Below the pieces are notes generated by a model. The model saw only the letters and a program-made list of their open reading frames with translations. It was not told the origin of the DNA and ran no database searches. 64,000 nt of DNA from an uncultured Planctomycetales bacterium. Its GTDB lineage: Bacteria > Omnitrophota > Gorgyraeia > Zapsychrales > JBDRMG01. The stretch spans positions 23,186 to 87,185 of the forward strand of contig CAYZIY010000006.1 of assembly GCA_964478715.1 (NCBI GenBank). Direction: 5' to 3'. Of this stretch, positions 57,279-64,000 are shown piece by piece. Numbering within the stretch: the first letter of the stretch is position 1; the number at the start of each line of letters is the position of its first letter. Both the position numbers and the translations under genes were made by a program.

Positions 57279-57724
57279 GGATGAGATTCGTCCAAGGTTA
57301 ATGGTTGCGGCGGCTTCACCGAGGGTCCGTTGTTTCCAAGCGGCAGTCTTTGTTTGGGGAAAATATCGGTCCATTCTTTACCGGTAGGCCACTTTTTTGA
57401 TTCCTTTATGCTGATATTTTTTTGATCATTTTGATCAAAGGTCGGCTTTTTTTCGGCCCGATAGAGATCTTTGACCAGCGAAGGTTTTAAAGATAGATCC
57501 TGATCGACTGTCAGTGAAGCGGAAAGTTTCTCTGGCCGGATTTTTTTAGACGCTTTCTTCTTGCTGAGTTCCTCTTCCCTTAGTATGGATCCGATAAAAA
57601 TTGCCAGAGGTTTTTTTTGTTCTTTTTTGCTGCGAAAGACGATAACAAATAAACTCAGAACGAGAGCGTGAACGGCTAAAGAAAGGCAGAATGCATAAAA
57701 CAAAAACGATCTCGAAAGCCTCAT
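57275..57724 (-). CDS. TonB/TolA-like single-TM protein without recognisable C-terminal domain
   Basis: TM helix with S-x3-H (SLAVH), Lys/Pro-rich periplasmic part; directly after exbD. Confidence 0.6.
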   Translation of the reverse strand: MRLSRSFLFYAFCLSLAVHALVLSLFVIVFRSKKEQKKPLAIFIGSILREEELSKKKASKKIRPEKLSASLTVDQDLSLKPSLVKDLYRAEKKPTFDQNDQKNISIKESKKWPTGKEWTDIFPKQRLPLGNNGPSVKPPQPLTLDESHP

Positions 57725-57734
57725 AAGGCTATCC

Positions 57735-58139
57735 TTAATCTTTTCGGTCTGTGGCGATGTTGACTCGTTCGATCTCAAGTTCCCGGCATAAATCCCAGAT
57801 ATCAATGATGCGCCCCAGCGAGGCCCGGCGATCCGCTTTGATCAAGATGGGTCGCTTGCGGCTGTCCGCTTTAGACAGTCGGGTCTTTAGGTCGGCCATA
57901 GTGGCGATAGAATTTTCCAGATAAACGATATTCTCGCTGGTCACGACAATTTCGATGTTCTCCTCGTCGATAACTTCGCTGGTGATGGCGCGCGGCAGCT
58001 TGACTTTAATACCGGATTGAAAAACGAAAGACGACGAGAGCATAAAAAATATGAGCAGCTGAAAAATAACGTCGACAAGCGGGGCGAGATCGATCTGCTT
58101 AAGTCCGGAATCAAGTTTTGTTTGACGTTTAAATTTCAA
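57735..58139 (-). CDS. exbD: ExbD/TolR family protein
   Basis: IDLAPLVDVIFQLLIFFML, VKLP, ILIKADR. Confidence 0.93.
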   Translation of the reverse strand: MKFKRQTKLDSGLKQIDLAPLVDVIFQLLIFFMLSSSFVFQSGIKVKLPRAITSEVIDEENIEIVVTSENIVYLENSIATMADLKTRLSKADSRKRPILIKADRRASLGRIIDIWDLCRELEIERVNIATDRKD

Positions 58140-58819
58140 GAAATATCCTTTTCGTTGTCATTGTCCTGATTATGGTGAGAGACTTCTCTTTGTGAGAGCA
58201 GATTCAGCAATTCGGTGGCGCTGTGTTCCATCTGCAGAATAAAGGCATTTACGCGATTGACAAAATAATTATAGAAAACGAAAGCAATGATCGCGATGAT
58301 TAGTCCGGCGACCGTTGTTAAAAGAGCTTCCCAGATACCGCCGGCCAAGTCTCCGGGAGTAACCGGATTAAGAGAGGTGGCTCTCTCCTGAATAGTATGA
58401 AAGCTGGCCGCCAAGCCGGTGACGGTCCCCAAGAGCCCCAGAAGCGGTGCAATATGGGAGATGGTAGATAAAGCAGGCAACTTTTTTTCGAGGCGGGGTA
58501 CTTCATAGAGGCTGGCGTCTTCGATGGATTCCCTGATTTCTTCTCGAGACGCGCCGAATTTGATGATTCCGGCCTGCAGGATTTTAGCAACCGGTGATCG
58601 ACTGTTTTCGCATGCAGAGAGCGCCTCTTGCCAATCATTATTTTTAAGCGCGCCAAAAATGTTCTCTTTGAGTTTTTTGACATTGGTGGTAATGGAACTG
58701 TAAAAAACAAAACGTTCAATAATAATGGCCAGTGAGAGCACGGAGCATAGAAGCAGAACATACATAATCGGTCCACCGGCCATCATCAAACTCCACGCGT
58801 CAATTTTCCATATCCCCAT
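58136..58819 (-). CDS. exbB: ExbB/TolQ/MotA proton channel protein
   Basis: GGPIM, IIIER, APLLGLLGTV.G, LAGGIWEALLTTVAGLIIAI. Confidence 0.93.
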   Translation of the reverse strand: MGIWKIDAWSLMMAGGPIMYVLLLCSVLSLAIIIERFVFYSSITTNVKKLKENIFGALKNNDWQEALSACENSRSPVAKILQAGIIKFGASREEIRESIEDASLYEVPRLEKKLPALSTISHIAPLLGLLGTVTGLAASFHTIQERATSLNPVTPGDLAGGIWEALLTTVAGLIIAIIAFVFYNYFVNRVNAFILQMEHSATELLNLLSQREVSHHNQDNDNEKDIS

Positions 58820-58834
58820 TGTTAGACCCCCCCG

Positions 58835-61339
58835 TTATTGATTGAGTGAACTGTTTTGATCGATCCATTCCAGGCGTTCTTTGGCAAACTTTGATTCATC
58901 GACCTGCTGATTGACGATTTTTTCATAGACAAGCTTGGCATTTTTCCAGTCTTCTTCATCTTCAAAAATCCGGGCCATTCTCAGATAAGCCTTAGTGGTC
59001 CAGTGAAGTTCATCCGGAAAAAGATAAGGAATTTTCAGATAAGCCTCAATGGCTTTGTTATTTTCATTTATTATTTCATAAGTATCGGCAATCAAAAAAT
59101 AAATTTCAACCTCTTTGATCGTGCTCAGACCCTTAGCAGCCTTAAGCGCTTTTTCGTATTCATTCAGGGCCTTGGCGTGCTGATCTTGCTGTAGGTAAAT
59201 ATCCGCACTTTTAATAAAAGAATCACGCATAAATTCGGGACATTGTTGAGCGATATTCAGATAGATATCGACAGCTTGATCGTGAGGAATATCGCGGGAG
59301 AAAATATTGGCAATGGCCAACTGAGCTTTAGCGAAGACTTCTCGATGGGTGGTGTCGGTGATTTGTTTGTACTGATTCAGAGCCAAATCAAATGATTCCT
59401 TCTTTTCATAAGCCTGACCCAGATAGAGTCTAGCCTGATCCACGCTGCCGCTGTCGGGGAACTGATCGATAAGTTGAGTTAGGTAAGTGATCACCTGGTC
59501 CCAATTTTCCTGAGCAAAGTAATATTGCCCCAGCCAAAACAGAGATTCAAGCGCTGCTTCACTTTGCGGATATTTATAAATAATAATCTTAAAACGCTTT
59601 AACGCTTCTTTGTCATTCCCCAGGCTGTAAAAACACTTAGCGATATTGATTTCTACGTCCTTTAATAAATTTTTTCGATGAGAATAGTTCATTAAGATTA
59701 ATTCAAAATTATCTTTTGCCTCATGGACTTCCCTTAGATTAAAATAAGCCAAGCCCATCAGATAATGGGCGTCTGGCTGGAGCTCATGGGTATGGGGAGC
59801 CTGATCGATAAAAGCCTGCAGTTCCTCTTTGACCGCCTGCCAGTTTTCTTTTTTGAAATAGGTCAGGCCCAAGTAGTATTTTGTTTCCAATAAATAGCGA
59901 CTGTCCGGATAATTATTTTTAAGACTTTGAAAAACGATGGCCGCTGAATCGGTACGTTCCATTTTGAGTAAGACAATTCCCTGACGGTATTGCACGTAGT
60001 CGGTATAGAGGCTCTCGGGAAACTCTTTCAGAATACGATCGTAAATATTGAGAGCCTTGGACAATTTACCGGTGTCGTGATACGCATCGCCGATTTGTGT
60101 TAAAGCGCTGATTTTGATCGATTTACTTTGTGCTTGGTCGACAATGGTCTGAAAGCTTGCGATCGCTTTTTCTATCTCTCCTTGTTTTAAAAAAATCCAT
60201 CCCAAAGAAAAGTATGCTTTCTGGACGATGTTTTTCGCTTGAGGTTGGTCGTCTACGGTTTTGATAATCAAACGATTTTGTTTAATAGCTTCATCAAAAC
60301 GGTTCAGTAGATATAATTCATTGGCTTTACCCAATCGGGCTTCTGGAATATGAGAACTTTGAGGGTATTCAGTGATCAATTGGTTGTAGACGGATAAAGC
60401 ACGGAGATGATCATTTTGTTTGGCGTGAAGTGTGGCTTGGGCTAAGAGGACGTCATCCGCCGGAAAATTATTGACTTGGGCTATATCCAGCGCTTTGGTT
60501 ATATGCATTTGCGCATTGTCGAAATCATTGAGCTTTAAGAAACTCCATCCTGCGCTGACATTGGAAAGCAGACAAATGTTTTGGTCGCTGCTGATCTCCA
60601 TGGACTTTTTATAATATTCGATGGCTTGAGGAAAATCTTCATGATAATAGTAGCATTCTCCCATTAAGAAATAAGCTCTCTCGGCTTGAACGGATTTCGG
60701 GAACTGAATGATAAATTGTCGGAAGGTTTCAATCGCTTTTTCATAAAGGCCGGAAAGATATTGCGATTCGGCAGCTTTAAAGAGACTTTCTTGGTAAAGT
60801 TCATGATTCTTAAAGCGGTTAACAAACTCCAAAAATATTTTCTGAGACTCTTGATAGTTGTCTTGTTCGAAATAACTCCAGCCTAATGAATGCAAGGCGG
60901 TGGGGACGTATGGTGAATCAGGGTATTCGTTAATCAACTGATGATAAAGCTCCTGGGCATTGGAATAATCTTGACCTTTCAGGTAAGTCTCTCCCATCCA
61001 AAACAGAGTCGCGTCTTTGAGAGAGGAAGTTTCCAATAACCCGCGGAAAACTTCAAAGGCTTCAAGATATTTCTCTTGAAAGAAATAACAACGCCCGATT
61101 AGCAGTTTGGCTTCATTCTTTTTACTGGATCGCGGATACGTTTTTAGAAAATCATTCAGATAGCGAACAGCCGTATCGTAAAAGCGGTCGTCATAAGCGC
61201 GTTGAGCGACATAAAAAAGCTCTAGCTCGCTTTCGGCATAAATGCTGACGCTAAAGGGATAATTCCCTAACGCCGTTGAACAAAGCAAAGTTAGAAAAAG
61301 GACTCTTAAGAAGGATGCGCGTGCCATTTTCGTGATCAT
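58835..61339 (-). CDS. large exported TPR-repeat protein (CpoB/BamD-like repeats)
   Basis: Signal peptide and many repeats of the type A...Y..LI..YP.S. Start placed downstream of the promoter at 61347-61375; it could be 61339 or 61327. Confidence 0.85.
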   Translation of the reverse strand: MITKMARASFLRVLFLTLLCSTALGNYPFSVSIYAESELELFYVAQRAYDDRFYDTAVRYLNDFLKTYPRSSKKNEAKLLIGRCYFFQEKYLEAFEVFRGLLETSSLKDATLFWMGETYLKGQDYSNAQELYHQLINEYPDSPYVPTALHSLGWSYFEQDNYQESQKIFLEFVNRFKNHELYQESLFKAAESQYLSGLYEKAIETFRQFIIQFPKSVQAERAYFLMGECYYYHEDFPQAIEYYKKSMEISSDQNICLLSNVSAGWSFLKLNDFDNAQMHITKALDIAQVNNFPADDVLLAQATLHAKQNDHLRALSVYNQLITEYPQSSHIPEARLGKANELYLLNRFDEAIKQNRLIIKTVDDQPQAKNIVQKAYFSLGWIFLKQGEIEKAIASFQTIVDQAQSKSIKISALTQIGDAYHDTGKLSKALNIYDRILKEFPESLYTDYVQYRQGIVLLKMERTDSAAIVFQSLKNNYPDSRYLLETKYYLGLTYFKKENWQAVKEELQAFIDQAPHTHELQPDAHYLMGLAYFNLREVHEAKDNFELILMNYSHRKNLLKDVEINIAKCFYSLGNDKEALKRFKIIIYKYPQSEAALESLFWLGQYYFAQENWDQVITYLTQLIDQFPDSGSVDQARLYLGQAYEKKESFDLALNQYKQITDTTHREVFAKAQLAIANIFSRDIPHDQAVDIYLNIAQQCPEFMRDSFIKSADIYLQQDQHAKALNEYEKALKAAKGLSTIKEVEIYFLIADTYEIINENNKAIEAYLKIPYLFPDELHWTTKAYLRMARIFEDEEDWKNAKLVYEKIVNQQVDESKFAKERLEWIDQNSSLNQ

Positions 61340-61346
61340 TCGCCGT

Positions 61347-61375
61347 ATTATAACAAGTGTCAGAGGCATTGACAA
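61347..61375 (-). promoter_or_regulatory. extended -10 sigma70 promoter of the TPR-exbBD operon
   Basis: TTGTCA-N17-TATAAT with TG at the extended -10 position. Confidence 0.7.
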
Positions 61376-61386
61376 TCGCTTTAGCT

Positions 61387-63999
61387 TTATAGTTTCAACA
61401 AACCTTTTAGAAATCGTCCGGTATAACTGGCCTCATGGGAGCAGATTTCTTCGGGAGTTCCGGCGCAGACGACCTTTCCCCCTCTGTCACCCCCTTCGGG
61501 CCCCAGATCAATAATGTGATCGGCCGTTTTTATAACCTCAAGATTGTGCTCAATAACTAAAACGGTATTGCCCTTATCGACCAGACGGCTGAGGACTTCG
61601 AGTAATTTATGGACGTCGGCAAAGTGAAGGCCTGTGGTGGGCTCATCCAGGATATAAAGAGTGCGACCTGTCGATTTTTTGCTGAGTTCAGAGGCCAACT
61701 TGACTCTTTGCGCTTCTCCGCCGGAAAGAGTTGTCGCCGGCTGTCCCAATTTGATATAATCGAGCCCCACGTCATGAAGTGTTTTTAAAATTCTTTTGAT
61801 TCGGGGAATATTCTCGAAATGTTTCAGGGCACCCTCAACAGACATGTTAAGAATATCGGCAATATTTTTATCCTTATAGAGGACCTCTAAAGTTTGCTGA
61901 GTGAAGCGTTTTCCTTGGCATACTTCGCATTCTACATAAACATCGGGCAGAAAATGCATTTCGATTTTTTTGATTCCATCCCCTTTACAGGCTTCACAGC
62001 GGCCGCCTTGAACATTGAAGCTAAAGCGTCCAGGTTTATAGCCCCTCATTTTGGCTTGGGGCATTTGACTAAGAATCGTCCGGATATGGCTAAAAACACC
62101 GGTATAGGTGGCCGGATTGGACCGGGGTGTGCGGCCGATGGGAGATTGATCCACAACAATAACCTTATCTAAATGCTCTGTTCCCTTTAAGGCGTCATGA
62201 TTTCCGGGCTTTTCTTTTGAATGATAAAATTTTTGAGACAAAGACTTATAAAGCACATCATCCACCAGGGTTGATTTCCCCGAACCGGAGACACCGGTAA
62301 TGCAAACAAATTTCTTGAGCGGAATCGAGACATTGATTGATTTAAGATTATGCTCTCTGGCACCGATAATTTTCAACTCGCTTGGTTTCTCATTTTTTCT
62401 TCTTTTTAAAGGAAGGGGTATGTTAAGTTTACCGCAAAGATAACGGCCGGTAAGTGATTTTTTAGATTTCAGTAAGCCGCGGACATTGCCCGCATAAATC
62501 ACGCGACCTCCGTGTTCTCCGGCTCCGGGGCCAAGATCAATGACATAATCGGCAGCGCGAATGGTCGCTTCGTCATGCTCCACGACTATGAGAGTATTAC
62601 CCGTATCTCTTAAGTCTTGCAGCGTGGAGAGCAGCCGTTCGTTGTCTTTTTGATGAAGTCCGATGCTTGGTTCATCCAGAATATAAATAACGCCCACCAG
62701 GCCGCTTCCCACCTGAGTCGCTAAACGAATGCGTTCGGCTTCGCCGCCAGAGAGCGTCGCACTCTTACGATCGAGAGTTAAGTAGTCGAGACCGACATTG
62801 ATGCAAAAATCTAATCTGCGAATAATTTCTTTAAGGATCTGTTCGCTGATGACTTTTTTATCCCGGGACAGGTGGAGATTCGTAAAGAAATGTTTGGCTT
62901 GACTAATCGAAAAGGTGGATATTTCGCTGATATTCTTTTTATTAATCTTAACCGCTAGAGATTCTTTTTTGAGACGCTTTCCGTCACATTCCGGGCAGGG
63001 TGAAACAGACATAAATTTTGAAATTTCACTTTTCAGCCAGTCGTTGTCGGTTTCATTAAACATACGTTCAAGATAAGGAATGATGCCTTCGTACTGACGG
63101 GACCAGATCACATCTTTGGATCCGTAGAGAATCATCTTTCTTCTGGATTTAGAAAGCCTTTTGTAAGGAGTATCAAGCACTAAATCATGAAGATCGGCCA
63201 GCTCGCGCATGACGGCCCGGTAATACATCAGAAATCCGCGGCCTCCCTTTTTCCAGGGAGCAATGGCATTAATCCAGGGCTTATCCGGATTGGGAACTAA
63301 AAGCTGGGGGTCAATCTCCATTTTTGTTCCAAGACCCTTGCAGCGAGGACAGGCTCCGTAAGGAGAATTAAAGGAAAAAATTCTTGGCTCAATCTCAGTC
63401 AGGCTCATGCCGCAATCCAGGCAGGCATAATGTTCGCTGAAGATTTTATCCTGACCCTTTTCTAATCCACTGATGATCACTATGCCGTTGCCGGTTTTTA
63501 GCGCTGTTTCAATGGAATCGGTTAGTCTGTTTTTGGCCTGAGCTTTTAGCACGAGACGATCAACCACGACTTCGATGTGATGGACTTTGTATTTATCGAG
63601 ATTGATTTTTTCATCAATGCCAACAATATTTCCATCGATCCTTAAACGACTGAAGCCTGCTTTGGTGATCTGTTTTTGGATATCACGATATTCCCCCTTC
63701 CGGCCTCTAACAAGCGGAGCGAGAATCATAATCGGCCGGTGTGTTTTTTCCTTCAATAGCGCATAAACGATTTCTTGGGAGGTTTGTTGTTCGATTTTTT
63801 TGCCGCATTGATAACAATAAGGGGTACCGATGCGGGAAAAAAGCAAACGGAGATAATCGTAGATCTCTGTTTGGGTGGCGACGGTTGAGCGCGGGTTGCG
63901 GCTGGTTGTTTTCTGTTCGATGGAAATGGTTGGAGAAAGCCCTTCGATCGACTCGACTCTCGGTTTCTGTAGCTGCTCCAGAAATTGGCGGGCATAAGC
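61387..63999 (-). CDS. uvrA: excinuclease ABC subunit A (5' end outside window)
   Basis: The frame is open to the window edge ([10 protein letters not shown]...[11 protein letters not shown]); [40 protein letters not shown]. Confidence 0.98.
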   Translation of the reverse strand, partial: AYARQFLEQLQKPRVESIEGLSPTISIEQKTTSRNPRSTVATQTEIYDYLRLLFSRIGTPYCYQCGKKIEQQTSQEIVYALLKEKTHRPIMILAPLVRGRKGEYRDIQKQITKAGFSRLRIDGNIVGIDEKINLDKYKVHHIEVVVDRLVLKAQAKNRLTDSIETALKTGNGIVIISGLEKGQDKIFSEHYACLDCGMSLTEIEPRIFSFNSPYGACPRCKGLGTKMEIDPQLLVPNPDKPWINAIAPWKKGGRGFLMYYRAVMRELADLHDLVLDTPYKRLSKSRRKMILYGSKDVIWSRQYEGIIPYLERMFNETDNDWLKSEISKFMSVSPCPECDGKRLKKESLAVKINKKNISEISTFSISQAKHFFTNLHLSRDKKVISEQILKEIIRRLDFCINVGLDYLTLDRKSATLSGGEAERIRLATQVGSGLVGVIYILDEPSIGLHQKDNERLLSTLQDLRDTGNTLIVVEHDEATIRAADYVIDLGPGAGEHGGRVIYAGNVRGLLKSKKSLTGRYLCGKLNIPLPLKRRKNEKPSELKIIGAREHNLKSINVSIPLKKFVCITGVSGSGKSTLVDDVLYKSLSQKFYHSKEKPGNHDALKGTEHLDKVIVVDQSPIGRTPRSNPATYTGVFSHIRTILSQMPQAKMRGYKPGRFSFNVQGGRCEACKGDGIKKIEMHFLPDVYVECEVCQGKRFTQQTLEVLYKDKNIADILNMSVEGALKHFENIPRIKRILKTLHDVGLDYIKLGQPATTLSGGEAQRVKLASELSKKSTGRTLYILDEPTTGLHFADVHKLLEVLSRLVDKGNTVLVIEHNLEVIKTADHIIDLGPEGGDRGGKVVCAGTPEEICSHEASYTGRFLKGLLKL

Positions 64000-64000
64000 C

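Noticed and set aside
61340-61375. ORF-track TTG start of the TPR gene at 61375
   Set aside because: It coincides with the -35 box of a strong promoter, so the real start should lie downstream. Similar over-extended starts were trimmed for doxX, gatC, surA, trpE, hisB and the pilins.
1-64000. CRISPR arrays, IS elements, rRNA, riboswitches
   Set aside because: No regularly spaced repeats, transposase ORFs or recognisable conserved RNA motifs were seen by eye. The intergenic gaps are all short. An Rfam search was not possible.

Overview
A gene-dense bacterial chromosome segment. Everything except pfkA at the left edge lies on the minus strand. The content fits a diderm PVC-type organism, most plausibly Candidatus Omnitrophota; this is inferred from gene style and synteny and was not verified. 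Reading in the direction of transcription: partial uvrA; an operon with a TPR protein, ExbB, ExbD, a TonB/TolA-like protein, a membrane zinc-finger protein and a PilX-like pilin; a type IV pilus locus (HTH regulator, fused PilM-PilN, PilO, PilP-like, secretin, MshEN-PilB, PilC, six pilins, a GT-C-like membrane protein); tRNA-Ala; rsmE; recA-degP-recX-alaS; hisDBHAFI-trpE-rpsP-yajC-secDF-mfd-surA-pdxA-rsmA; gatCAB-ctpA-tsaD; a bactofilin-HTH gene with a membrane-anchored HTH partner; tRNA-Met; TPR membrane proteins; tilS-ftsH-folP-cdaA-pdxJ-acpS-nnrD. I saw no mobile elements or CRISPR arrays. The best candidates for novel biology are: (1) the bactofilin fused to a BldC/Xis-like HTH, paired with a tail-anchored HTH protein; (2) the ExbBD-type motor operon linked to the pilus locus; (3) an unannotated 35-aa transmembrane-only CdaR; (4) a 624-aa Mfd lacking its autoinhibitory domain; (5) a pilin carrying a Myxococcus-type Cys-rich repeat next to a candidate pilin glycosyltransferase. 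All family calls come from motif recognition by eye, not from database searches.
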